From Candidatus Caenarcanales bacterium (GTDB lineage Bacteria; Cyanobacteriota; Vampirovibrionia; Caenarcaniphilales; Caenarcanaceae), in contig CANLFK010000002.1 of NCBI GenBank assembly GCA_947489925.1, positions 1 through 33,175 of the forward strand: DNA of 33,175 nucleotides. Direction: 5' to 3'. A program made the position numbers and the translations under genes. Of the stretch, positions 7,729-17,969 are shown in pieces. The notes under the pieces are model-generated. The model searched no databases. It was not told the DNA's origin and saw nothing but the letters and a program-made list of their open reading frames with translations. Position 1 is the stretch's first letter. Each line of letters opens with the position of its first letter.

Positions 7729-9573
7729 ATGGATATAAATGCTCCCTCGTATGTTAAAAACTCGAAATTAATTAAATGGGTTGAAGAAATAGTGGCTTTA
7801 TGCAAACCGTCAAGTATTTATTGGTGTGATGGCTCTCAGGAAGAATATAATAAATTATGCCAAGAATTAGTTGAAGCTGGAACTTTTAAAAAGCTAAATC
7901 CAGAGAAAAAGCCAAATAGTTTTTTAGCCTTATCTGACCCTTCTGATGTCGCAAGAGTTGAAGATAAAACTTTTATTAATAGTTATAAAAAAGAAGATGC
8001 AGGCCCGACTAATAATTGGATACACCCAAATGAAATGAAAGAAACGCTGAATAAGCTTTATGATGGCTGTATGGCTGGCAGAACTTTATTCGTAATTCCT
8101 TTTAGCATGGGACCAGTCGGTTCTGATATTGCTCAAATTGGCGTAGAAATAAGCGATTCAGCATATGTAGCCGTAAATATGCGAATTATGACTCGTATGG
8201 GCAAAAAAGTAATAGAAGCCCTCGGTGAAAATGATTTTGTTAAAGCCTTGCACTCAGTTGGTTCACCTTTAAAAGCTGGTCAAAAAGATATTCCTTGGCC
8301 TTGCAATCCGACCACTAAATATATTTGTCATTTTCCAGAAGAGAAGCTGATCATGTCATATGGTTCTGGTTATGGCGGAAATGCTTTATTAGGTAAAAAA
8401 TGTTTTGCACTTCGTATTGCTTCTACAATGGCTCGTGCCGAAGGCTGGTTAGCAGAACATATGCTGATTTTGGGTGTTGAGTCTCCAACCAAAGAAAAAA
8501 CATATGTAGCGGCCGCTTTTCCTTCAGCTTGCGGTAAAACTAATTTTGCAATGTTAATTCCACCAAAAGAAATGGACGGCTGGAAAGTTACGACAGTGGG
8601 AGATGATATTGCTTGGCTCAAACCAGACAAAGATGGAAATTTAAGAGCTATTAATCCGGAAGCTGGCTTTTTTGGAGTAGCACCTGGTACTAATTATCAC
8701 ACCAATTCTAATGCCATGGAATCTTTGTCCAAAAATACTATTTTTACTAATGTAGCTTTAACTCCAGATGGTGATGTTTGGTGGGAAGGTTTAACCAAAG
8801 AAGTGCCAGATGGTTTAATTGACTGGACTGGAAAACCATATGATAAAAATTCAGGTAAACCAGCGGCTCATGCTAATTCTCGCTTTACGGCTCCAGCTTC
8901 TCAATGTCCTTGTATTGACTCTGAATGGGAAAATCCAAAAGGTGTTTTAATTGAAGCCTTAATTTTTGGAGGAAGACGGTCTACAACAGTTCCTTTAGTT
9001 TATCAATCATTCAACTGGAATTTTGGTGTTTATATGGCGGCTACCATGGGTTCAGAAACGACAGCCGCCGCTTTTGGTCAGCAAGGTGTTGTCAGAAGAG
9101 ATCCTTTTGCAATGTTACCTTTTATTGGTTATCATGCAGCTGATTACTTTAATCATTGGTTAAACTTTGGTAGAACTTTACCTAATCCTCCAAGAATTTT
9201 TGGTGTAAATTGGTTTCGTAAAGACTCTGAGGGTAAATTCGCTTGGCCTGGTTTTGGCGAAAATATGAGAGTTCTAAAATGGATTGTGGATCGTGTTCAT
9301 GGTCGTTCTTATGCAATTGAAAGTCCTTTAGGATGGGTTCCTCGTTATGAAGCTATTGACTGGAAAGGTTTAGATTTTAGCAAAGAAGAATTTAATACCG
9401 TTATGTCAGTTGATCGTGAAGCTTGGAAGTCTGAGATTGCTGATCATGAATCTTTATTTATGAAACTCTATGATAAATTACCTAAAGAGTTTATCTGGAT
9501 TAGAGAGCTTATAACTTCGGCTTTATGGCGTTCACCTGAAAAATGGGAATTAGCTTCTGAGCATTTGGATTAG
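7729..9573 (+). CDS. pckG: Phosphoenolpyruvate carboxykinase (GTP)
   Basis: 614 aa. Typical GTP-PEPCK blocks are present: YWCDGS, GPTNNW, the kinase-1a FPSACGKTN, and DDIAWLK. Confidence 0.95.
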   Translation: MDINAPSYVKNSKLIKWVEEIVALCKPSSIYWCDGSQEEYNKLCQELVEAGTFKKLNPEKKPNSFLALSDPSDVARVEDKTFINSYKKEDAGPTNNWIHPNEMKETLNKLYDGCMAGRTLFVIPFSMGPVGSDIAQIGVEISDSAYVAVNMRIMTRMGKKVIEALGENDFVKALHSVGSPLKAGQKDIPWPCNPTTKYICHFPEEKLIMSYGSGYGGNALLGKKCFALRIASTMARAEGWLAEHMLILGVESPTKEKTYVAAAFPSACGKTNFAMLIPPKEMDGWKVTTVGDDIAWLKPDKDGNLRAINPEAGFFGVAPGTNYHTNSNAMESLSKNTIFTNVALTPDGDVWWEGLTKEVPDGLIDWTGKPYDKNSGKPAAHANSRFTAPASQCPCIDSEWENPKGVLIEALIFGGRRSTTVPLVYQSFNWNFGVYMAATMGSETTAAAFGQQGVVRRDPFAMLPFIGYHAADYFNHWLNFGRTLPNPPRIFGVNWFRKDSEGKFAWPGFGENMRVLKWIVDRVHGRSYAIESPLGWVPRYEAIDWKGLDFSKEEFNTVMSVDREAWKSEIADHESLFMKLYDKLPKEFIWIRELITSALWRSPEKWELASEHLD

Positions 9574-9584
9574 AGTTTAATTTA

Positions 9585-9626
9585 AGTACCCTGATATTTA
9601 ATACTTTGGGGTACTATTTTTATTTT
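9585..9626 (+). terminator. Putative intrinsic terminator downstream of pckG
   Basis: AGTACCC (9585-9591) pairs with GGGTACT (9609-9615) and is followed by atttttatttt. The loop is large (17 nt), so the call is only moderately convincing. Confidence 0.4.
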
Positions 9627-10454
9627 ATGACTATTTCTCCATTATTAATTCAAAGAGCTAAAGCTTTCCGTACCAAAAAGAGTTTGGGGCAGAATTTCCT
9701 TGTTGATTCAGATATTTTGCACACAATCAAAAATTCCTTAAACAGTCCAATTGAAACTAATATAATTGAAATTGGGCCTGGAATTGGCTTTTTGACGGAA
9801 ATTTTGTATAAAGATTTTAAAAATTTAAATGTTATTGACCTTGATAAATACGCACTAGACCGTTTAGACAATTCTAATAAAATAAATATTATTCATGCAG
9901 ATGCTTTGCATTTTGATTTTAATAGTTTGGCTAAGCCCCTGACTGTTATTGGGAATTTACCTTTTAATGTTGGTACTTTAATTTTGATGAATTTTTTGGG
10001 CGAAATAGACAATCCAGATTGGAAAGTATCAAATATCAATGAAATGGTTTTAATGTTTCAACTGGAAGTAGCTCAACGATTAACGGCATCTTCTTCCAGT
10101 AAAGCTTATAATGCACTTAGTATTACAGCTCAATCTAAGGCTGATATTGAGTTTTTATTCGAAGTTCCAGCTCAAGCTTTTTGGCCAATTCCAAAGGTAA
10201 AAGCTGGAATTATTAGAATTAAGCCTAAAAGCAATAATATTTTGCAAACTCTTTCGGAAATAGAATTGAAAAATTTAAAAAAAATTATCAAAATGGCTTT
10301 TTCAACAAGACGCAAAAACTTAAAAAACTCTTTAGCTAATTTATTTACAGTTCAAGACTTTGAAAATTGTCATATTTGTTATACAGAAAGAGCTGAAAAT
10401 TTAGATTTACCTGATTATATTGAATTAAGCAAATATTTAAGCCAAAAGAATTAG
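9627..10454 (+). CDS. rsmA: 16S rRNA (adenine1518/1519-N6)-dimethyltransferase
   Basis: KSLGQNFLVDSDIL, the SAM motif IIEIGPGIGFLT and GNLPFNV are classic KsgA/RsmA. I prefer the ATG at 9627 over the track start at 9606 (TTG), which lies inside the putative pckG terminator. Confidence 0.9.
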   Translation: MTISPLLIQRAKAFRTKKSLGQNFLVDSDILHTIKNSLNSPIETNIIEIGPGIGFLTEILYKDFKNLNVIDLDKYALDRLDNSNKINIIHADALHFDFNSLAKPLTVIGNLPFNVGTLILMNFLGEIDNPDWKVSNINEMVLMFQLEVAQRLTASSSSKAYNALSITAQSKADIEFLFEVPAQAFWPIPKVKAGIIRIKPKSNNILQTLSEIELKNLKKIIKMAFSTRRKNLKNSLANLFTVQDFENCHICYTERAENLDLPDYIELSKYLSQKN

Positions 10455-10507
10455 ATCTTTGAGTCATCAATTGTTAAGCATTTTTAAACAGAGTTTATTA
10501 TAGAATT

Positions 10508-11884
10508 TTGGGTTATATTAAACTAAAAGTGTTTTCTTTGTGCAGCCAATTGAAAAAGTTTTTTCTAATTTTAATTCTAATTTTCATTAGTCCTCTGCGT
10601 CAATTATCTTTAGCTGAGAGTGATTTTACAGAACAGCAAAAAAAAGATATTTCTTCGCTTGAGAGTAGATTCTTTGGCTTAACTTATCCAGCGGACAAAC
10701 CTTCTAGTAGAATATCTAGGATTGAAGAATTAGTTTTTGGACACAATAATAGTCAGAGTACTTTGCCTGAGAGGCTTGTCAAATTAAATAAAGCTACCAA
10801 AGTTGCACAATCATCAGCTCCTTTACCAGAATTACCACCAGATGATGAAATTGCTAATCAACAAAAAGAACAAATATCACCCAAAAATAATAATCAAATT
10901 GCCAAAGCACCCAATAATACACAAAATAAACAAATAATTTCTTTAAACAACCTAGATGATTTAAGCCAAGAAATGCTTCAAATTATTAATCAGGAGCGTT
11001 CATTAAGATCTTTACCAAATTTAAATACTGATCAAATTGCTTACAGAACGGCTTATCAACAAGCTAATTATTTAATTCAGACAAGGCAATTTTCGCATTA
11101 TAGTTTGCAAAATAAAAATCCAGACCAAAGATATACTGAACAAAGTGGAGATGGAAGAATTGAAGAATTAGTAGAAGGTTTTTTTGCTTCGGTTAATGAT
11201 AAAGGTATTGTTATTCCGATAGAAATAAACCGTGAAATTCCTCATCAATTAATGGATGCTATTTTAAAAGTACCAGACAAAGCAGATATAATTTTTAATA
11301 GTTTAGCTAATGGTATTGGTATAAGTTTTATTTTAGCCCCAGATAAAAGCCAATTAGTGGTAGTAGCTGAAATTAGTGTTGATTATGGAGATTTAGCTAT
11401 TCTTCCTCCTAAGGCTTCAATTTCGGAAGATATTGGTGTTAGCGGTAGCCTGAGCCGAGGTTATAAATTTGCTTGGGTTGGAATCTCAAAGTCTGATTTA
11501 GATGAAGAGGAAAAGTCCGAAACGGAAGCTTCTGCTTATTTTGCTCCGATTGATCAAGTAATTTATTTAAACAAATCTGGAGACAGAGCCAAAAATATAG
11601 CTAAAGCAGGTGGAGCAATATTGGCTATGGTAGCCGCTCCTTTTACATATGGGGCTAGTGTTTTAATTGCTAATGTTTTAATGCAAAGTATTGCCCAAAC
11701 CTATCAATCTCAAGATGTTGAAGTTAGAGATGGAGCTAAAGCGGATATGGGTGGTGGAAACTTTAATAGTAGTATTACTTTGGGTGAATGGGGAAAAGGC
11801 ATTTATTATATTACTGTTTGGGCTATTCCTCCTTCCGAAAAAAAACCAGTAATTATTAGCAGAAGAGCTGTAAAAGTAATTTAG
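10508..11884 (+). CDS. Secreted or membrane-anchored CAP/SCP (YkwD-like) domain protein
   Basis: 458 aa. There is an N-terminal signal-like segment KKFFLILILIFISPLRQLSLAE. The central part, MLQIINQERSLRSLPNL..D.IAYRTAYQQANYL..T.QFSHYS, resembles the CAP domain. There is also a C-terminal hydrophobic helix. The start codon is uncertain (non-ATG; alternatives up to 10550). Confidence 0.5.
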   Translation: MGYIKLKVFSLCSQLKKFFLILILIFISPLRQLSLAESDFTEQQKKDISSLESRFFGLTYPADKPSSRISRIEELVFGHNNSQSTLPERLVKLNKATKVAQSSAPLPELPPDDEIANQQKEQISPKNNNQIAKAPNNTQNKQIISLNNLDDLSQEMLQIINQERSLRSLPNLNTDQIAYRTAYQQANYLIQTRQFSHYSLQNKNPDQRYTEQSGDGRIEELVEGFFASVNDKGIVIPIEINREIPHQLMDAILKVPDKADIIFNSLANGIGISFILAPDKSQLVVVAEISVDYGDLAILPPKASISEDIGVSGSLSRGYKFAWVGISKSDLDEEEKSETEASAYFAPIDQVIYLNKSGDRAKNIAKAGGAILAMVAAPFTYGASVLIANVLMQSIAQTYQSQDVEVRDGAKADMGGGNFNSSITLGEWGKGIYYITVWAIPPSEKKPVIISRRAVKVI

Positions 11885-12116
11885 TATAAAAGTAGCACCA
11901 AAAAAGGGCAGGATTTATGTGTTATTTGGGGCTCTCAATAATTATCTTTTGTTTATTCAAATGAAGTTTTAATATTCAACTTTCCTGTCTAATTTCAAGG
12001 GGTTGGGGCTTTTAAAGCAAAATTCTTTAGTAAAAAGACTCTCTCAATTAGTTACTTCAGAGTTTTGTACCGTAGTCAGCTTAAAATTATCTATTTTTCT
12101 TGATCACTGCCGTTTT

Positions 12117-12692
12117 TTACAACTTATTTTGAGATCTGTGAGCTTGAATAATTTGTATAATGCTTTGAGCAGTTTCTTCAATTTTGCCTTCTTCATTTAT
12201 GACTAAATTTTCAAATTGATTTATTTCTTGTAATTCTTGTTTTGATTTTTCCACTCGAGCTAATATTTTTTCTTCTGATTCAGTCGATCTTTCTTTTAAT
12301 CGTTTATATAAAACCTCAATTGAAGGCGGAGCCAAAAAGATAAATAAGGCATTTGGCAAAATTTGTTTTATTTGCTTAGCACCTTCCACTTCAATTTCTA
12401 AAATAATATCTTTATTAGCTTTAACTTGATCTTCAATATATTTTTTTGGTGTTCCGTAAAAATTGCCGACAAATTCAGCCCATTCAATTAATTCACCTTT
12501 TTCAATCATTTGTTTAAATTCTTGCTTGCTTTTAAAAAAATAATTTATACCTTCTATTTCTCCAGCTCTTTTTGGTCTAGTAGTGGCTGAAACCGAAAAA
12601 ACTAAATTATCCAAATCTTGAAAGACTTTTTTTAAAACAGTTCCTTTACCAACTCCCGAAGGACCAACTATTACAATCAGATTTCCTGCCAT
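12117..12692 (-). CDS. gmk: Guanylate kinase
   Basis: 191 aa. It shows IVIVGPSGVGKGT, SATTRPKRAGEIEGINYFF and GNFYGTP. Confidence 0.95.
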   Translation of the reverse strand: MAGNLIVIVGPSGVGKGTVLKKVFQDLDNLVFSVSATTRPKRAGEIEGINYFFKSKQEFKQMIEKGELIEWAEFVGNFYGTPKKYIEDQVKANKDIILEIEVEGAKQIKQILPNALFIFLAPPSIEVLYKRLKERSTESEEKILARVEKSKQELQEINQFENLVINEEGKIEETAQSIIQIIQAHRSQNKL

Positions 12693-12698
12693 TTTTTA

Positions 12699-13448
12699 TT
12701 AAATTACCTCAAGTTTGCACTCATTATTTAAAGCAATTTCAGTGCCAATTTTTTTACCAAGCACAAGATCCATTAAAACGCCTTCTCGGGCAAAATCAAA
12801 AACTCTTATTGGTATTTTATTATCACGACAAATCGACACCGCCGCCGCATCCATTACTTTGTAGTTTTCGCTTAAAACCTTTTCAAAACTTAAAGTTTCA
12901 AATCTTTGAGCATTTTGATCTTGCCTTGGATCAGCATTATAAACTCCATCAACACCGTTTTTTGCCATTAATAAAACAGATGCTTCTATTTCTGCCGCTC
13001 TTAGGGCCGCTGTTGTGTCGGTTGTGAAAAATGGATTACCTGTTCCACCCCCAAAAATAACAACTCTCTTTTTTTCTAAATGTCTAATGGCTTTGCGTCT
13101 AATATAAGGTTCTGCAACCGAAGGCATTTCAATCGCTGTTTGTACTCGGGTTGGAATACCGCTTCTTTCTAAAACTCCTTGCAAAATCAAACTATTCATA
13201 ATGGTGGCTAGCATTCCAACATAATCAGCGGCGGCTCGATCCATTCCTAACTGAACGCTTGAATTTAAACCTCTAAATATATTTCCACCGCCAACTACCA
13301 AAGTAATTTCAACGCCTAATTTATAAATATCACCAATTTCTTTTGCCACTCTTTCAATAACTAAAGGCTCAATTCCAAAACCTTTTTCCCCAGTTAAAGC
13401 TTCACCACTCAGTTTAAGCAAAATTCTTTTATAAACTAAATTTGTCAT
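12699..13448 (-). CDS. pyrH: UMP kinase
   Basis: 249 aa. It shows [23 protein letters not shown] and [17 protein letters not shown]. Confidence 0.95.
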   Translation of the reverse strand: MTNLVYKRILLKLSGEALTGEKGFGIEPLVIERVAKEIGDIYKLGVEITLVVGGGNIFRGLNSSVQLGMDRAAADYVGMLATIMNSLILQGVLERSGIPTRVQTAIEMPSVAEPYIRRKAIRHLEKKRVVIFGGGTGNPFFTTDTTAALRAAEIEASVLLMAKNGVDGVYNADPRQDQNAQRFETLSFEKVLSENYKVMDAAAVSICRDNKIPIRVFDFAREGVLMDLVLGKKIGTEIALNNECKLEVI

Positions 13449-13532
13449 TATTTTTTATTTTATTTTTATGCTCTAAATTATAAAGCTGGTCTTCGGTTTT
13501 ATGTTTTACCAAATTATTAAAATGCTTAAAAC

Positions 13533-14000
13533 TTATGTCCATTTAGTAATTAAAAATTGAATTTGCTCATTAATCCAGCCAGTTTTATGATTAAGCAAAA
13601 TTTCTTCTTTTATATCTGGATAAACAATTAATTCATTTAAGTTTTTCAAATTATGATATTTAACTTCAGCAATTATGTCTTCATCTGATCCAATTATAAT
13701 TTCTTGACCTTCAAAAACCTTTACTAAAGCAAAAATATTAATTATATGTCTTGAATTATTTGGTGCAATTGATTCGGATAAAAAAACAATTCTCTCAAAT
13801 TTTCCTGTCAGAGAAGTCTCTTCTTTCAATTCACGCAAAGTACCAGCTTCAATTGTTTCCCCAAACTCCAAATGTCCGCCTGGTAAAACCCAATATTCAC
13901 GGTCTTTTTTGCGATGTTTAATTAATAAAATTTCTTGTTTTTCATTAATGATAATAGCTGAAACTCTAATTGTAGGACTTCCAATACTGTCTGCTGTCAT
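13533..14000 (-). CDS. NUDIX hydrolase
   Basis: 155 aa with the Nudix box LPGGHLEFGETIEAGTLRELKEETSL. Confidence 0.8.
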   Translation of the reverse strand: MTADSIGSPTIRVSAIIINEKQEILLIKHRKKDREYWVLPGGHLEFGETIEAGTLRELKEETSLTGKFERIVFLSESIAPNNSRHIINIFALVKVFEGQEIIIGSDEDIIAEVKYHNLKNLNELIVYPDIKEEILLNHKTGWINEQIQFLITKWT

Positions 14001-14079
14001 AATTACTTGATTTTTTAGGTTTTAGAGGGATTGAATTGATTTTTATAATTATAAAGAAATCTAAATATAAAGAAAGTTA

Positions 14080-14589
14080 TTAGGTCTGCAATTTATCAAA
14101 AGGTCTTTCAGTAATAATTAAATTTAACAAAAATAAAAATGCTCCAATATTAATAAAACTGTCAGCCAAATTAAAAATAGGAAAATTACCAGGCAAAATT
14201 AATAAATCAATGAAATCAGTTACTTGTTTAAAATACAAACGATCTATCAAATTGCCAATTGCTCCACCCGAAATTAAAGCCAAAGAAATTGTATTAAAAA
14301 GATTTTTGTCTTGATTAATAATTTGCCAACTATAAAATAATAAAAAAATACTAAAAACAAAACTAATTAAAGATAAAACTTGAACTTGACCACTCAAAAA
14401 ACTAAAAGCCGCTCCAGTATTAAAAACTAAATGCCAATTTAAAATATGTTTGACAAAAATTAAGCTCTCATCAAAAGGCAAATTATGTCTTGCCCAATAT
14501 TTACTTATTTGATCAGCCAAAACAGAAAAAATAAAAATACTTAGCCAAATTAAAATAGCGGTTTTTTTTAATTTTTCAATTTCTTTCAT
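14080..14589 (-). CDS. lspA: Lipoprotein signal peptidase (signal peptidase II)
   Basis: 169 aa and multi-pass hydrophobic, with NTGAAFS, GGAIGNLIDRL, VTDFID and FNLADSFI. Confidence 0.85.
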   Translation of the reverse strand: MKEIEKLKKTAILIWLSIFIFSVLADQISKYWARHNLPFDESLIFVKHILNWHLVFNTGAAFSFLSGQVQVLSLISFVFSIFLLFYSWQIINQDKNLFNTISLALISGGAIGNLIDRLYFKQVTDFIDLLILPGNFPIFNLADSFINIGAFLFLLNLIITERPFDKLQT

Positions 14590-14829
14590 TTTGTAATTTT
14601 ATACTTTTTTGAATAAATATTATTAAAAGTAAGTGTAAATATAAAGAAAATATGAGTCTTTCTGTTTTTATCTTTATATTTTATTTATTATTCGCCTTGA
14701 ATTTTATTGATTTGTAAATTTTAAATTCATTTATTAATCAATTATTAGTTTTAAGGGGTTTGGCAAAAAATGGGTTTATGCTTTTAACACTTAAATTTTG
14801 AAGCAAGCAAATTTCAAAAAGAGAATCAA

Positions 14830-15066
14830 ATGCAAGTCAATAGTTCACCATCTCATCCTTTTCCTGCAGCTAGTCGATATACTACTAGTTCTACAACAGT
14901 AGCGTCTGCCGCAGATTCAAACAAAACTTGCCAAGGTTGTCTTTCCGCTCCTAAATCAAGCCAAACTGTTTATTCTGGCCGTTCTTTAAGTTCAGCTCCT
15001 CAAAGAGAAATTAGAGGAATAGAAGAAAAAACTAATAATCCATGGCTTGTTATGCTTGGGCTTTAA
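14830..15066 (+). CDS. Hypothetical S/T/A/P-rich small protein (78 aa)
   Basis: ORF only. It is somewhat GC-richer than its surroundings, and its stop codon shares a TTAA with the stop of the convergent 15063-15890 ORF. No family recognised. Confidence 0.25.
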   Translation: MQVNSSPSHPFPAASRYTTSSTTVASAADSNKTCQGCLSAPKSSQTVYSGRSLSSAPQREIRGIEEKTNNPWLVMLGL

Positions 15067-15890
15067 ATTGAAAGTCTAATCGTTGAATTAGGTTGTAAGC
15101 TTGGAGACCAATTTATATTTGGATTATTATTGTTTAAGTTTGAATAATCATGTGAATGGTTGTAATTATGACTGGAATTGTTAGTATTATAATTGCTTGA
15201 AGTTGTGTCTGGGGGTAAATTAATTATGATTGAGCCATCACTTGCTTGATAAACGCTAATATTATTGGTTGAATTTGCATTAGTATAATTATAATCTCCA
15301 GCTGAAGTTAAGCCACCATTACCAGAATAATTTGAATGATGATAACTTGAATTTGGATTAGTATAATTACAATCCCCTGACGAAGTTAAGCCGCCATTAG
15401 TAGCACAATTACTTGAATAATTATTATAGTCAAAATAAGGACTAGATTGATTTTGTAAACCATTAGAGCTTAAACTGCCAGTAGTTTTTAGAGTATCAAA
15501 AATATTTTTAGCTAAAGAAGATAAATTTTCATTTGATTGAGGAGTATCAGTTTTATTCGAGGCAGTCTTGGATAAAGTATCAGCTATGGCTAAAAGAGCA
15601 TTCCATAATTTTTGTTCTTTAGTTTCAGTAACTTGATTATTTGTGTAATTAGCATTTGTGTAATTATTGTAATTTGGTTGTTGATGGGAATGATTCCAAC
15701 TATCATAATTAGTATTTGCAGGATTAACGCTGTTTTGGCGATAAGAATTTGAACTTGGTAAAATAATAATAGACTGTGCTTGTTGTCCATCAATTGTTGA
15801 TGATGATCTATTATTTGCTGAATTTAGTTGAATACTACCGCTCAGACTTGCATTACCATTTAAACTTACACCACCGCTAATAACTGCCAT
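15063..15890 (-). CDS. Hypothetical Asn/Ser/Tyr-rich low-complexity protein with an internal 26-aa tandem duplication
   Basis: 275-aa ORF. The repeat is NGGLTSSGDCNYTNPNSS / NGGLTSAGDYNYTNANST, encoded by 41-nt direct repeats at 15280-15320 and 15358-15398 (35/41 identical). There is no obvious signal peptide. Confidence 0.5.
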   Translation of the reverse strand: MAVISGGVSLNGNASLSGSIQLNSANNRSSSTIDGQQAQSIIILPSSNSYRQNSVNPANTNYDSWNHSHQQPNYNNYTNANYTNNQVTETKEQKLWNALLAIADTLSKTASNKTDTPQSNENLSSLAKNIFDTLKTTGSLSSNGLQNQSSPYFDYNNYSSNCATNGGLTSSGDCNYTNPNSSYHHSNYSGNGGLTSAGDYNYTNANSTNNISVYQASDGSIIINLPPDTTSSNYNTNNSSHNYNHSHDYSNLNNNNPNINWSPSLQPNSTIRLSI

Positions 15891-16093
15891 ATTAATCTTT
15901 TAACCTCTAACTTTAAGAAAGTTCCTTTGTTTGGAGAATAAGAATATTAAATTAAGCTCTCATTACTATTGACTCGGGGTTTTACCTTGATTTGTAAGCA
16001 CAAAACTTTAAAGACCTTAATAATAAAAAAATAAATATTTATAACTGAATGAGTTAAAATACAATAAGTTTTTTTAATCACTTTTATTTATTT

Positions 16094-17875
16094 ATGAATC
16101 ATTTAATAAGAAATATTGCTATTGTAGCCCATGTAGACCATGGAAAGACAACTTTAGTTGATAGTATATTCAAACAAAGCGGAATTTATCGTTCTAACCA
16201 AGAAGTTGAAGAAAGAGCCATGGACTCAAATCCTCTGGAAAAAGAAAGAGGAATTACTATTCTGGCAAAAAATACCGCTATTCCATATAAAGAATATAAA
16301 ATCAATATTTTGGACACACCTGGCCACGCTGACTTTTCGGGTGAAGTTGAAAGAGTTTTAAATATGGTTGATGGTGTTTTATTAGTTGTAGACTCGGTTG
16401 AAGGACCAATGCCACAAACTCGCTTTGTTTTGCGTAAAGCTTTAGAAAGAGGCTTAAAAGTAATTGTGGTTGTAAACAAAATAGACAGACCAGCCGCTGA
16501 TCCAGATAAAGTTATTGATAAAACCTTAGACTTATTTATTGAATTAGGTGCTAATGATGAACAATTAGAATTTCCAGTCGTTTACGCAAGCGGTTTGGCT
16601 GGCAGAGCTGGACATACTCAAGACACAGTTGGAGAAACAATTTATCCTTTGCTTGATACAGTTTTAAAAGAAGTTTCAGCACCTTCTGGCTCGGTTGATG
16701 AACCTTTACAAATACAAGTTGCAACTTTAGATTATAGTGATTATTTGGGACGAATTATTATTGGCCGCATAAGTAATGGCAAAGTAAAAGTTGGACAAAG
16801 TATTGGCTTAAGTAGCGGCGAAAGCAAAATGGTACAAACCAGAATTACCAAATTATTTACCTTTGAAGGCTTAAAACGCATTGAAGTTGAAGAATGTTTT
16901 GCTGGCGATATTGTAGCTTTGGCTGGTTTAGAAGACGCTCAGATTGGCGATACAATTGTTGATTTAAATAATCCTAAACCTTTGCCACCTATTAATGTTG
17001 AAGAGCCGACTTTGCAAATGACTTTCTCGGTTAATTCCAGTCCATTTGCAGGACAAGAAGGTAAATTTGTTACTTCCCGTCAATTAAGAGACCGCTTATT
17101 AAAAGAGATTAAAACAAATGTTAGCTTAAGAGTCGAAGAAATGAATTCAACTGATTCTTTCTTGGTGAGCGGTCGTGGTGAATTACATTTAAGTATTTTA
17201 ATTGAAACCATGAGAAGAGAAGGCTATGAATTTGAAGTCAGTAAGCCTAAAGTTTTATTAAAAGAAATTGACCATAAAACACATGAACCATTTGAGCAAT
17301 TAGTAACAGATGTGCCAGATGCCATGAATGGAGCTTGTATAGAAGCTTTAGGTAGACGAAGAGCAGAAATGCAAACTATGCACTCTTTTCAGGGACGCAC
17401 TACCACTGAATTTAGAATTCCATCACGAGGTTTATTAGGCTTTAGAAGTACTTTTGTCCGTTTAACCAAAGGGCAGGGCATAATGTCTAGTGCTTTCCTC
17501 GAATATGCTCCCCAGGTAGGAGAAGTTGGCAATATTAGAAATGGAGCTTTAATTTCGCATGAAGATGGAGTTGCCACTGAATATGCTTTAAAAGCCCTTG
17601 AAGACCGTGGAGTTTACTTTTTAGCACCCGGTACTAAGGTCTATAGGGGAATGTTGGTTGGTGAGAATAATAGACCTCAAGACTTGGTAATTAATGTTTG
17701 CAAAGCCAAAAAACTAACTAATATGCGTAGTGCGGGAGCTGATGTTTTAGAAAGTTTAGCTACTCCAATTCAATTGACTTTGGAATTTGCACTTGACTAT
17801 ATTGCTTTGGATGAACTTTTGGAAGTAACGCCCGAAAATATTAGAATTCGCAAAATCGATTTGAATGTAAAATAA
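16094..17875 (+). CDS. typA: Translational GTPase TypA/BipA
   Basis: 593 aa. It shows IRNIAIVAHVDHGKTTLVD, DTPGHADF and NKIDR, with BipA-type C-terminal domains. Confidence 0.95.
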   Translation: MNHLIRNIAIVAHVDHGKTTLVDSIFKQSGIYRSNQEVEERAMDSNPLEKERGITILAKNTAIPYKEYKINILDTPGHADFSGEVERVLNMVDGVLLVVDSVEGPMPQTRFVLRKALERGLKVIVVVNKIDRPAADPDKVIDKTLDLFIELGANDEQLEFPVVYASGLAGRAGHTQDTVGETIYPLLDTVLKEVSAPSGSVDEPLQIQVATLDYSDYLGRIIIGRISNGKVKVGQSIGLSSGESKMVQTRITKLFTFEGLKRIEVEECFAGDIVALAGLEDAQIGDTIVDLNNPKPLPPINVEEPTLQMTFSVNSSPFAGQEGKFVTSRQLRDRLLKEIKTNVSLRVEEMNSTDSFLVSGRGELHLSILIETMRREGYEFEVSKPKVLLKEIDHKTHEPFEQLVTDVPDAMNGACIEALGRRRAEMQTMHSFQGRTTTEFRIPSRGLLGFRSTFVRLTKGQGIMSSAFLEYAPQVGEVGNIRNGALISHEDGVATEYALKALEDRGVYFLAPGTKVYRGMLVGENNRPQDLVINVCKAKKLTNMRSAGADVLESLATPIQLTLEFALDYIALDELLEVTPENIRIRKIDLNVK

Positions 17876-17969
17876 TATTTAAGAGATAAGCCTTATAATT
17901 CAAAAGCTGTTCAGGGGAAGAAACTGTCAGTTTTAATTTTAAGTCTTTTCTTTTTTTATCCAAATAATT

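Noticed and set aside
9606-9626. Track start (TTG at 9606) for rsmA, which gives an MGYYFYF N-terminal extension.
   Set aside because: The extension lies within the putative pckG terminator hairpin and T tract. It is not part of the conserved RsmA N-terminus. The ATG at 9627 is preferred.
12003-12206. 67-aa plus-strand ORF in the spacer between the CAP-domain gene and gmk.
   Set aside because: It overlaps the 3' end of gmk by 90 nt on the opposite strand, uses a non-ATG start, and has an uninformative translation. It is most likely spurious.
15063-15066. Shared TTAA stop-codon overlap of the convergent ORFs 14830-15066 and 15063-15890, as a possible regulatory feature.
   Set aside because: Overlap of convergent stop codons at TTAA is a trivial consequence of palindromic TAA/TTA in AT-rich DNA. 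There is no further structure to support a function.
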